NCBI RefSeq assembly: GCF_000143415.4 | Contig: NW_003314443.1 | Span: 65,268-129,267 of the forward strand | Length of the DNA stretch: 64,000 nt | DNA from: Selaginella moellendorffii | Lineage: Eukaryota; Plantae; Lycopodiophyta | Reading direction: 5' to 3' | In this document: piece after piece, positions 11,456 through 23,515 of the stretch | Layout of the letters: each line of letters opens with the position of its first letter | Numbering within the stretch: position 1 is the stretch's first letter | Translations under genes and position numbers: made by a program | Notes under the pieces: generated by a model | What the model was told of the DNA's origin: nothing | Databases searched by the model: none | What the model saw: only the letters and a program-made list of their open reading frames with translations

Positions 11456-13370
11456 TTGTTTGTGGGTGATAGGCTATGCTAAATTTCAACTTGGTGCGAT
11501 ATTGTTCCAGAAGAGTTCTCCAGAACCTCCTGGTGAAGATCTTATCTCGATTTGAGATAATCTCTTCTGGCCTTCCCCGCACTTGAACCACTTGTTTGAA
11601 GAATAGCTTGCGTCCTTGTCGCTTGCTTTTGCGCGCATTGAGGATGGCTTCGACTTTGTATTCCTCTTCCCTTTGGATAACCTCAAGTAAGGGTTTTACT
11701 TGGTCCGTGCGAAGCGGATCCTCAAAGTACGACTTGAGTAAGTTCATGTGGAACACTGGATGCATCTTCCCCATCTCTTGAGGAAGTCGAAGACAGTAAG
11801 CCACTTTACTGATTTGTGCCTCAATCTCGTAAAGCCCCGCGAACCTACTTAAGGAACTCAAGATCAATTCATTTATAAGAATAAATGCATTTTTACCTTT
11901 GGGTCAACTTTCGGCCAATTCCACTTGGTAGCCTGAGGTTCTTGGTATTCAGCCACACCTTCTCCCCAGCTTGGAACTCCACATCCCAGCGCTTCTAGTT
12001 CGCATACTTGGTTTGCCTTTATTGAGCCCATTCCAAGGAATCCCTCACTAGATTCCAAATGTTGAGTCTTTCCGCTGTGAATGCCTCCACTGCGGGTAAC
12101 TTTCCATGATACTCGGCCATGCCGAGTTCCACAGGACCTTCAATAGCTTGCCCATTGATAACTTCCCATGGACTCACCCCAATACTTGAGTGTGGGGAGT
12201 TGTTATAGCACATTTCCGCAAGCCCCAAATGACTTACCCAATTGGTTAGGTCTCTCGATACATAGCATCGCAAATAATCCTCCAGCTGCCTATTCACCTT
12301 TTCCGTTTGTCCATCTATCAAGAAGTGTTAGTGCCATTCAACTTGACTCAATACCCAATATCTGTTTGTGGGTGATAGGCTGTGTTGAATTTCAACTTGG
12401 TGTGATATTGCTCCAGGAGAGTTCTCCAGAACCTGCTGGTGAAGATCTTATCTCGATCTGAGATGATCTCCTTTGGCCTTCCCCGCACTTGAACCACTTG
12501 TTTGAAGAACAGCTTCGCCACACCTTCCGCATCCACCTCCGTTGTGGTGGGTATGAAATGTGCCATTTTCGAAAATCGGTCCACCACCACGAATATCACA
12601 TCAAACCCCTCACTTGGGGGAAGTCCCATGATGAAGTCCATCGTAAGACATTTTCACAAATGATCTGGAATTGGGATGCTTTGTAACAAGCCCCCACTAG
12701 CCTTAGTCACGGCTTTGACCTGCTGACATGTTGGGCATGTCTTTATATAGTCTTGGATGTCGTTAGCCATATTTAGCTAGTGGTACTTCCTTTTGAGTAA
12801 ACCCATCGCTTTGGGCACTCCGCCGTGTCCCGCAAGAGGTCCTTTATGACACTCTTCTAAAGCTACCTTCCTTAGTTCCCCTTCTAGAACATACACCCTC
12901 GTTTGCTTGGAATAGATGAGTCCGTTGTGTTCTGCATAGCCCGTTTTTTTTTCCGTTGGTAGCTCACCTCTCTGGTGAGCTTCCCGTGCCTCTAGACTCC
13001 TCAGCAACACTTCTTGTGCTAAACCATCATTCTCGTATGCGGTCTGCATATCATCCTAAAAGGTTGCTGTCGCGCTGGATATCGCCAACTTCAAGCTTGC
13101 TTTTCGACTTAGCACATCTGCCATGATGTTGCTCTTCCCAGGCTTGTACAGAATCTCGCAATCAAACTCGGCCAAAGCATTGGCCCACTGACCCTGTTTC
13201 CCTCTCAGGTCGGGTTGTGACAAGAAGTGTTTTGTTGCCACATTGTCCGTGTAAACCTTGGAGTGTCTCCTAAGGTAGTGTCGCCACTCCTTAAGTGCCT
13301 TGACCACCACAAACAATTCCTTCTCATGGGCAGGCCACTTCTATTGAGCCTTGTCCAACTTCTTTGAGAA

Positions 13371-13644
13371 GACCATTGAATGTACACAAGTTAAGAGCAT
13401 TCTTGGGGCTATGCAACTACTATCGAAAGTTTATCAAACACTATTCGAGAGTAGCCCTACCCTTAATGAACCAAACGAGAAAAGGGAAGATGGTATGGAC
13501 AATGGAATGCGAGGTGGCATTTGTCCACCTCAAAGGGAAGTTGAGGAAGGCTCCCCTGTTGGCATTACCAGATTTTGGTAAGGACTTTGAGGTAGAAACA
13601 GACGTTGGGTGCAGTTTTGAAGCAAGATAACCATCCAGGATTGG
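13371..13644 (+). other. Inverted segment of the RT/RNase H connection within element A
   Basis: PLNVHKLRAFLGLCNYYRKFI...APLLALPDFGKDFEVETD...LGAVLKQDNHP reads on + while the flanking pol reads on -. Confidence 0.9.
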
Positions 13645-16347
13645 TCACTCCCAATCCTGGATCGCGTGGACCTTCTCATGGTCCACCTTGAGCCCGTCCT
13701 TGCCCACCACATGCTCGAGAAACTTTACCTCTTGTTAAGCAAAGTCACATTTGCTCTCTTTAGCATACAACTGGTGTTCCCTTAGTTTCTCAAACACCTT
13801 CGTCAAGTGTTTGGTATGCTCCTCTAGCGTTTCGCTATAGATCAGGATGTCATCAATATAAACAACCACAAAATGATCCAGATAGAGTACAAAGATGTGG
13901 TTCATCAACGCCGAAATCGTTGCTGGTGCATTGCATAGTCTGAAGGGCATCACCAGAAACTCAAAGCTCTCATACCTTGTTCGACAGGTTGTCTTCTCGA
14001 CATCTTCCTCTGCTACCCTTATCTAGTAGTATCCTAACCTTAGGTCAATCCTCGAGAAGTATTTTGCCTTTCCCAACCTATTGAACAAATCCTTAATCTT
14101 TGGCAAAGGGTATTTGTTCTTCTTTGTATACTTATTGAGCAACCGGTAGTCTATGCATATGTGCATAGATCTATCTTTCTTTTTCACAAATAACATCGGC
14201 GCCCCATATGGCGACTTGCTCAACCTAACATACCCTTTGTCCACCAACTCCTATAGTTGGCACTTGAGCTCCTCGAGTTCCTTTTTGTTCAAATGATAGG
14301 GGGGACGAACCACCATCTCAGCACCCTCGACCAGCTCAATCTTATGTTCTATCGGTCGTGCGGGGGGCAACCCCACTAGTAGCTCCTCCGGCATGGTATC
14401 CTGGAATTGGTCCAACACCCACTGGATCACTAAAGGTACTTCTTCCATTCCTGTCTTTTTGTCACTCTTCACCGAGAGTAAGCACAAAAATGTTGCCTTA
14501 GTTCCTTTAGTGAGTTGTCCCCTTGTGGAAACCAAGTTTAGGTAGGAATCTTTGGCCTTGCATTGCCCTACCTTTAGATCCTAGGCCTCCATCCTGGATT
14601 TTCTTCCTTGGGCATTTACTAGTACCACAAGGTTCCTACCTTGTCCATGCAAGGTTACCACGAACCGATTTAACCAATCCATCCCGAAGATTACGTCAAA
14701 TCTAGCCATGTCCAACATGGTGAAATCCATGTCTATTTTCCATGTCCTTACTTTGACTCTCGCTTGTCAAAGTACCTCATCGGTGCTTTGGCTACCTTGA
14801 ACAAACTCTATAGTCCTTCGTTCGCCCAGCCGCTGCACCGTTAGTCTAGCTTGCCAGACTATGTCTACAGCCACAAAATTGTCCGAAGCACCCATGTCAA
14901 TAAGGATCTTAACAAAGCTACCTCTGAGCTTCCCTCGGAGGGCTAGTAGATGCCGCGAATGACTCTCTACCAAAGTTGCTCGTGTAATGAATAACTTTGA
15001 GTTAGGGACTGAATCACATACCTCAATTTGGATTTCACCCAACTTAATGGCTATATTTGCTCTGGCCTTCTTCAGGTAGGGATATTCCCTCGAGAAGTGT
15101 CCCGCTTCACCGCAGTTGTAGCATACGTTGTTTCCCACGCTGCTAACTGACTTGCCCTTCTTATCCGTGGGTTTGTCTTTTTTTGCTTGACTCCCCCATG
15201 TACTCGCTCGCTGACCACCGGATCTACCTTTCTAAAACCCCAAGGACTCATTCTTAGAGAAACTCTTCTTGAATTTCCCTTTGTTATATGTTCCCCTTAG
15301 TTTCGCCCCTTTGCTAAACATGGATCCATATCCCCCATATCTGTGACCAGTATCCTCTTTGCCACAAACCCATTCACATACTCTTGAATGGTTCCGGTCT
15401 GCTTTAACCTACTCAGCTCATCCCTTAGGTGCAGAGTAGCATTTGGACAAACGTATATCACGCGGATCCTCGCCTTCATCATTTCCCAAGTTGCCACCAG
15501 TCCTTTGTTGGCCTTTGTCATTCTCCACCAAGACTTGGCATTATCTGTCAAGTATGGTTTTGCACATAGGACCTTCTCCGAGCTCGGTAACCGCAATGCT
15601 CGGAAGTAGTCCTCGATATCGTAAAACCAATCCTCCACCACCTTATAGTCATTCACTCCCTTGAAGACCGGTGGGGGCTTTGGTTTGTACTTCAGAACTG
15701 CTTGAGGGACTGATTCCACTTTGGTCTATTCGACCTTGTTTGGTTTTACCTCAGTCCTTACCGACAGGTCTGCACCTTTTGCACTGCCAGCATCGACAGT
15801 CTTTCGCTTTTTCTTCCGCTTCTCATCACGCTTTAGCTTGCGTACAAGAGTCTCTAGCAGGGCATTGGTCTGTGCCAATTGTCCTTCTAGAACATTCAAA
15901 TTTTTCCAATCTACTTTAGTCACTTAACCACACTTCCAACCGCTTGGAGGAGTCTTATTCACAACCTCCATAAGTCCAATTCAGGACTTTGGACTTGCTA
16001 GCCCCAAGAATGGCATCCATGCCACTCAACATTTGCATCTGGTCCAAGTGCTCCACGTGTCCGATCCCATGACCGACACTCAAAGGTACCACCGACATGG
16101 CAGCCTGTTACGCTAGGGCCATGCCCAATCACCTTTGCCACACTAGTAGTCCAATACCACTTGCATCACAGTCTTGGCTCTCCAAGACTAGGCAAACCAT
16201 CCGTGAGTGGTCATCTCAGATCCACTCCTTAGCATCCTTAGGATGCCCACCGACAAGAGGAATAGCCTTCCCCAATATCCCTCTGTCAGTCCCCACTAAG
16301 TCCCTTTCTGCCCCTGGCCGTGTTTGCCAACACTGCCACTGGATCGA

Positions 16348-16447
16348 NNNNNNNNNNNNNNNNNNNNNNNNNNNNNNNNNNNNNNNNNNNNNNNNNNNNN
16401 NNNNNNNNNNNNNNNNNNNNNNNNNNNNNNNNNNNNNNNNNNNNNNN
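16348..16447. other. Assembly gap (100 N)
   Basis: Run of N; the sister LTR has 50 bp (22471-22520) at this position. Confidence 0.98.
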
Positions 16448-16964
16448 CACACAACTATGTCCTTGGTCACAACCCCAGAGGACTACTCCTCTACCTTTCC
16501 ACAGTCTGGGCCTTTAGGACAACATTTCGGAACACCATGGCCTTACGCGAGCCACCTGGGTACTCTCCCCGCCTTCCGCCCTTGGGTGCTCTAGCCATGG
16601 GCTTAGAGCGAGGTTCCGTTGAGCCACGCCTGGTATCCAAGTAGGTAGTGCCACCCACACTTGGACTGGGAGCATCGGCCAGTCGATCTCCCGGGGGAAC
16701 TAGAGCCGGCTCTTGAACACTTCACCAAGCTACCCCGCTTGTCGGTCCGTGTTCACTCTAGTCTTGGACTTCCCAGTGGTCAGCTCATCACCCAACACTG
16801 GGTCTGGCCTTCCTGGGCCAAACTGGCCTTTCCTGGCTAAACTAGCTCCACTGGGCTCCAACCCCCACACTCTCCTTACTATACTTTTGGAACCCCCCGC
16901 AGCTCCCCCCCCCCCCTGGGGGACGATCGCTTTGGGCTTTCACCCAATTGCCTGTATTAGTATT

Positions 16965-16989
16965 CGGACTCGGACTCGGACTCGGACTT

Positions 16990-17028
<39 letters not shown>

Positions 17029-17670
17029 TCCATCTCGAACTCGGTCTCGGTCTCGGTTCCATCTCGAACTCGGTCTCGGTTCCATCTCAGACTCCACCTC
17101 GGGTCCATCTCGGACTCTATCTCGGGTCCCATCTCGGACTCCATATCGGACTCCATCTCGGACTCCATCTCGGACTCCATCTCGGACTCCATGTCGGACT
17201 CCATGTCGGACTCCACTTCGGGTCCATCTTGGACTCCATTTTGGACTCCATATCGGACTCCACTTCGGGTTCATCTCGGACTCCATTTTGGACTCCATAT
17301 CGGACTCCACTTCGGGTCCATCTCGGACTCCATCTCGGACTCCATATCGGACTCCACTTCGGGTCCATCTCGGACTCCATCTCGGACTCCATATCGGACT
17401 CCACTTCGGGTCCATCTCGGACTCCATATCGGACTCCATCTGGGACTCCACTTCGGACTCCATATCGGACTCCACTTCGGGTCCATCTCGGACTCCATAT
17501 CGGACTCCATCTCGGACTCCACTTCGGACTCCATATCGGACTCCACTTCGGGTCCATCTTGGACTCCACTTCGGACTCCATATCGGACTCCACTTTGGGT
17601 CCATCTCGGACTCCATCTCGGACTCCATCTCGGACTCCATATCGGACTCCACTTCGGGTCCATCTCGGAC
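16965..17670. repeat. 6/12-bp minisatellite (CTCGGT; CTCGGACTCCAT variants) inside the LTR
   Basis: Long array with higher-order variants (…actccacttcgggtccat…); source of the overlapping long ORFs at 16713-17966. Confidence 0.95.
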
Positions 17671-17903
17671 ACTTCCACGTGTCATGTGTTGGTCCTTTTT
17701 GGGTCCCTTTTTGGAGCCTTGCTTATTGCTCGCTTCGTGCTCGCTCCTTGAGCACTTTGTTGGGAGTTCCACTCCCTCTCTCGACCTTCCAAGTCAGAGC
17801 TTTTAGTCCAAACGTGTTACACTCGTTTGGCTTTTGCTTCGGCCACTACCACGTGGCACCCTTTCAGGCTCCACTTTGGGGCCTAGGGATTTTGTATCTC
17901 ACA

Positions 17904-20900
17904 ACTCCACCACCCATAGACGAAGTTCGATGTCCTCATCGAACGGTAAACCATTTTATAAAGTAGCACCCACATGTGTTACCATTTCCATCCTTGGCAC
18001 CTAGCTAATATTAGTCAATGGTTTGACATTGAAGGCTCACCATGCCTTTTCCATATTCGTCAATGGTTTGACACCAAAGGCTCACCATGCCTTGCCCATC
18101 CTCTAAGGAGGGTAGTCTCTCCAACTTAGAAACTGATTGGACCACATGTAGTGGTTCTCTCCTTTTATTGGTTTAGTTCTCGCTAAACCTCTTAGAAACC
18201 CTTCTCTAAGTCAATCCCCACTACTCCTCGAGTAGTCTTAATTTCCATCGATTGAACGTTTGCACTTTGGAACTTTTACTCTTTGACTTCTAGAAGTCAA
18301 TTTCCTAAGTGCCTCCAACACCTTGCATTGCACATATTGTGCAACTCCACTTCCCCATCCTAGGAAGTTCTCTACTTAGGGCACCATCATCCTCTCTTCT
18401 ATTTCGTGCCACCTTGGGCACTAAGTTCCAATTATCATACTTTGCGCTAGGGCTATCCATGGCCCTATCATTTGGCTACCTTACCGCTCCCTCCCTTGGA
18501 ACTTCCCTTTTCGCCAAATCGGAGCAATTCAGAATCCATCCTTGGAAACACACTTCCTTTCCCGCAATTTGTTAGCGTCCAACACATTAGTGTTCCTCGC
18601 CTAACTTTACCACTGGGATTCCTTCCAAGGGATTCCATGGCCCTATCTTGACCACTCATCTTTTGCTCCTATCCATTAATTATTGCACCAAGCAACACCA
18701 AATTTCTACCTCCCTCCTTGAGGTATTCTTTTGATTCCATAGCAAAGGCTCTGCTTTGCCAAGACTAGGGTGTTCACCCCTAGTAAGTCTCTTTAGCATT
18801 TTCTGCTGTGGGCTCTATCCATAGCCCAACTTCGTGACCCTCCCATGGGTCTCTTATAGAAACTACTTTCCTCGGGCACACTATGCCATCGCAATGACAT
18901 AGCTCATCTCCCAAAGGTGTTTTTCCCACTTGGTCACCTTGACCAAGCCACACCATCATCAATAGTTCAAATCAACACTTTGAACTAGGGACCTTATTCC
19001 TTAACCCAAACAAGGACCTTGTCCTTTATTAGCCACAAGATCACCTAGTGATCTCCCCTCGGCACCTTAACAAGTTTGCCAATAGGTACTAGGTCTTCCA
19101 GACCTTTAACTTGTTAACTACGACCCCGGGGGCATCCCCCACGCTTGGCGGTGCGCCCAAGCCAGCCCTTTTGGCTAAGGGTCCATAGCAACTGAGACTG
19201 GGTGTCCCCATCTCATTCACCACGTCCTTGGTGCCACTTGCACCAAGGTGTTCAAGTTAGATATGCTGAGCCACACTAAGCAATCTAACCGTGCATCACG
19301 ACTCCGAGGCATCCCTCGTTTGGCGGTGTGCCCAAACCAGTCTCCACACTGAGAGTCCATGACCACCGAAAAATGAGTGTCCTCATATTCCAAACCATCA
19401 CCACGCCCTAGTGAGTTGGGATTCGAACCCAAGCACTAGAGGGTCGGGACTCAAACCCAACCTCCGTATATGCATCTACGGACAGCATCACCTAGGATGC
19501 CTGGCGTGACTCCCCACGCCGGTGCACCAACTTATACTCAAAGCGCGCTATAGATCACAGCTTAGGAACTTAGTTCCTCCACACTGCCAAGTCCTCTCAC
19601 TTGACAAGTTTGTGATCATGCATGGACTCCTCCATGCTTGGCCCCATGGCCCACCCTTTTTGAAGTTATCACCTTCAACTAGGGTATTTGTTCCCCTCAC
19701 TTGCCAATCTCGCTTTGGCAAGTACTTCGACCACTGTAACATGGTTCCTGCACAAGCGTGAAGCCCTTGATCATCGACTTTCGTTCAAAGCCCTCTCTTT
19801 GAACACTCGGGAATTACTTTCCTAACCTTGATAGCCTTGCCTCATGGCAAGCTTCAAGACCACGCTTCTGCTGCACCACTCTGATTTCGCGCGTTCCTTG
19901 AACCATTTACACTTGGCCTTTCTAGGCACTAAGCTACCTAGAATCATCTTTGGGAACCTTGAAGGAACTCTGTCCCTTAACTTGCTAAGGCCTCCCTTTT
20001 TGCAAGCTTTCCAATTACCATATAGTCTAACATGGACAATTCCATATTTTAGACTCTCCATGGCATCACGGTTGCTAGCGGCAACACCCTTGAGCCCCCA
20101 CTTGATTCTCCACTCCCAGCTGGCATAACCAACTTTGGTTATGCCCTTCGATTCCTATGGTTCGGTTCTATCCCCTTACTTCTTGCTTTTGGCTTCACAC
20201 CTTTCCTTCGGTCATTCTCCTCCAGACTAGGAGGATAGTTTTGCACTTTCTATCATGCCTTAGCAAGTATTCTTAGGGATGAACCTACCCGATAGCCTAG
20301 GGAGTGGTTCCTCAATCAAGGTATGCTCACCCTATAATCCCACACATTGGGATTACGCTGTTGCTTACGGGCCTTTACATGCCCATCACTAGCCTTGCCA
20401 AAATTCCATTTTTGGCTCTGTCCAATTCGAGTAGACAGTCTTCTCCTGTCTCTGCTAACTTTGGACATTTGAATAGCACCATTTCTATCCATCATTCGCT
20501 ACAGACTTAGTCCCTTGGGCCTTATTTATTACCCTCACGACATCAAACAGCACCTCCTGGTATTCTAGAGTGTTCAGGTGTCCCAATGACGGCTTCCTTG
20601 ACAATGAGTATTTCCTTTTATGACATTAACTTACTATATCGCAACATAAACAACTTATCCTCCGTAAGGGTATGTCCAACTTCCCTATGCCATTAAAAAG
20701 ACTTGGGTAGCTACCTTCTAGCTGTTTAACCAATTATTTTGCACCTCTTGCTTAGTTGCCTCATAGTTGTCAAGTCCTACAACTCATTGCTGATGCTTCC
20801 ACACCTCCATCATTATCTAGGTCACCACACTCCAACTGCATGCTCTGCCACTTAGCCTATGCCATTTCCATTTCCATTGGGATTCCTTTGGCAAGGGGTT

Positions 20901-22009
20901 CTCATGAACCCATCAACATAGCCTCAAGGTATTACACCTTGGCCCATTTGGTGTCTCCACACCATTGGCTCCATGAGCCTACCTCTATGACACTTCTTCT
21001 TTGTGTTTAAGTCTTTGCCAAGACCAATACCGCTCTTTCTCATGCCAACCATCTGTTAGCACTGCACCATAGAGGTCACACACAACTTTGTGTCAAAGTT
21101 GTTTTCTTTTTGGGAACACCTTTCCCCTGACTTTAGCATGGCACATTTTGCTATCGATGAGATACCCTCTGTTCTCATCCTTGGATCCTATGATCCCCCC
21201 CCCCCATCCTTCGTGGGGTACAACACACCTCAGTGCAAATGCTTCTATCAATCCTTTTTAGGATCATTCCTTGACTCTACTTGAGTCATCCAGCAGTTTT
21301 GGACTTGGTTAATCCCCAGACCCGTAAGGTCTTACTTGTGAGGCACTAGCTCACCGGAATACACTTCTTGCATTCCTGTCCTACTTCAAAGGACTATTTT
21401 CACAAGTGTTACTCTGACACTTGATTTTGTTCTCTGGGGCAACCTTTGCCCCTTGGGACTACTTGTCCATATGATGAGAATACCAACTCATCTCTAAGTA
21501 CACCCCCCAACTCCTTGGGTTGTTCCAGCATTTATTAAAGGTAGCCCCGGCTACCATTTCAAGGACTTGAGTCCTCTTCCGTATCTGACCTCCCACGGTT
21601 ATTACTTCTGGTCTCACATTCATGAGCACTAACCTCAACTATATGAGGATAATCTTGTGACTCTTTTATTGCTTTGGAGTCTTTATCTTTCCTGTGATCC
21701 TAACTATAGTTGTTTACCACAACTACATTGGCCATTTACTGAGTCAAATGCTCATCTGGATCACATCCTCAACTCTCTGAGGAAAACCATATACTATTCC
21801 CAAGATCCCAAAGTCATTCCTTTACCAGCCCCTTTTCTATCCACCACATCGCCCAAGTTCACGTATGAACTTGAGTGGAGAGCCATGTCCTCTCGACATG
21901 CTACTCCTCAAGGATAGGCCCACTCCTAGGACCTTCCGATGCCAACATCAATGGTGATATACTTGAGCACCAATAAAAGTCAGACTAAGGAACAGCTCCG
22001 ATACCAAAT
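17904..22009 (-). mobile_element. Internal region of element B, degenerate and probably non-autonomous
   Basis: Bounded by PPT (17904-17915) and PBS (21995-22006); no long ORF or recognisable RT. Confidence 0.7.
21995..22006 (-). promoter_or_regulatory. tRNA-iMet-type primer binding site
   Basis: Minus strand TGGTATCGGAGC, 3 nt from the LTR end (…TTACA). Confidence 0.85.
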
Positions 22010-23146
22010 TGTAAGCGACTAAATTTTTCTATTCTACTTTAGTCACTTAACCACACTTCCGACCGCTTGGAGGAGTCTCATTCACAACCTCCATAAGTCC
22101 AATTCAGGACTTTGGACTTGCTAGCCCCAAGAATGGCATCCATGCCACTCAACATTTGCATCTGGTCCAAGTGCTCCACGTGTCCGATCCCATGACCGAC
22201 ACTCAAAGGTACCACCGACATGGCAGCCTGTTACGCTAGGGCCATGCCCAATCACCTTTGCCACACTGGTAGTCCAATACCACTTGCATCACAGTCTTGG
22301 CTCTCCAAGACTAGGCAAACCATCCGTGAGTGGTCATCTCAGATCCACTCCTTAGCATCCTTAGGATGCCCACCGACAAGAGGAATAGCCTTCCCCAATA
22401 TCCCTTTGTCAGTCCCCACTAAGTCCCTTTCTGCCCCTGGCCGTGTTTGCCAACACTGCCACTGGATCGAGGCCCACAGGCCCGACCACTAAGTCCCACG
22501 GTCCTCTAGGACTCCCTCACCACACAACTGTGTCTTTGGTCACAACCCCAGAGGACTACTCCTCTACCTTTCCACAGTCTGGGCCTTTGGGATAACATTT
22601 CGGAACACCGTGGCCTTACGCGAGCCACCTAGGTACTCTCCCCGCCTTCCGCCCTTGGGTGCTCTAGCCATGGGCTTAGAGTGAGGTTCTGTTGAGCCAC
22701 GCCTGGTATCCAAGTAGGTAGTGCCACCCACACTTGGACTGGGAGTATCGGCTAGTTGATCTCCCGGGGGAACTAGAGCCGGCTCTTGAACACTTCACCA
22801 AGCTACCCCGCTTGTCGGTCCGTGTTCACTCTAGTCTTGGACTTCCCAGTGGTCAGCTCATCACCCAACACTGGGTCTGGCCTTCCTGGGCCAAACTAGC
22901 CTTTCCTGGCTAAACTAGCTCCACTGGGCTCCAACCCCCACACTCTCCTTACTATACTTTTGGAACCCCCCGTAGCCCCCCCCTGGGGGATGATCGCTTT
23001 GGGCTTTCACCCAACTGCTTGTATTAGTATTCGGACTCGGTCTCGATCCCGGATTCGGATTCGGACTCGGTCTCGGTCTCGGTCTCGGTTCCATCTCGGA
23101 CTCCATCTCGGACTCCACCTCGGGTCCATCTTGGACTCCATCTTGG
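22010..23146 (-). mobile_element. 5' LTR of element B, truncated inside the satellite
   Basis: Starts TGTAAGCG at 22010 and matches 15898-17100; homology stops at ~23146. Confidence 0.85.
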
Positions 23147-23147
23147 T

Positions 23148-23515
23148 GTAATAAGTGTAATAATCACTTTTCTATATTAACTTTACACTCTATCCAACTT
23201 AATTGCTTTAGCCCCAAAAGTTAGTATCCCTTTCGAACCACATTATACAAACTACCTAACATAAGACTATAAAAGAAAGGCACAAAAGTCACCCTTCTTA
23301 AAAAAGTGTAATGGCCATTTTTTTACAACAACTATAAACTCTAACCAATTCAATTGCCTTAACCCCAAAAGTCAGTATCCCTTTGGGTTGCATCATATAA
23401 ACTACTTATTGAGGTTTAAGTTAAATGAAGTCAACTCTAACCTTTTCACTAGTTAGTAATGGCTTTCAAAAACAAAATGGTTTTCAGGCAAAATGATTAA
23501 TAGATCAGCCATTGG
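23148..23515 (-). mobile_element. Degenerate remnant of the 57344-64000 family internal region
   Basis: Similar to 61815-62065 (actctatccaact..aattgc..agtcagcatccc) and locally duplicated. Confidence 0.65.

Larger units (their letters stand above)
10704..12515 (-). repeat. 906-bp tandem duplication of the integrase C-terminal half
   Basis: 10704-11609 repeats at 11610-12515 with a constant 906 offset; junction joins ...KRQGRK to LFFKQVV. Confidence 0.9.
10570..15897 (-). pseudogene. Ty3/gypsy chromovirus gag-pol (gag, zinc knuckle, protease, RT, RNase H, integrase, chromodomain), decayed
   Basis: Gag EDWFYDIEDYF; CYNCGEAGHF; LIDMGAS; [35 protein letters not shown]; RNase H EWRHYL, VYTDN; integrase H..H..CPTC, MDFI, ISDRD, GQTE, GPY; chromodomain EYEVEAIL...LKWKGF. 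Many in-frame stops. Confidence 0.95.
15898..17903 (-). mobile_element. 3' LTR of element B (missing ~11 terminal bp)
   Basis: Near-identical to 22021-23146; ends ...tctcaca at 17903, followed by PPT actccaccaccc at 17904-17915. Confidence 0.85.

Noticed and set aside
14500-14700. Ogre-like intron between protease and RT
   Set aside because: The frame is continuous apart from a point-mutation TAG; no insert
16713-17966. Overlapping 124-417 aa ORFs on both strands
   Set aside because: Products of a stop-poor 6/12-bp satellite inside an LTR
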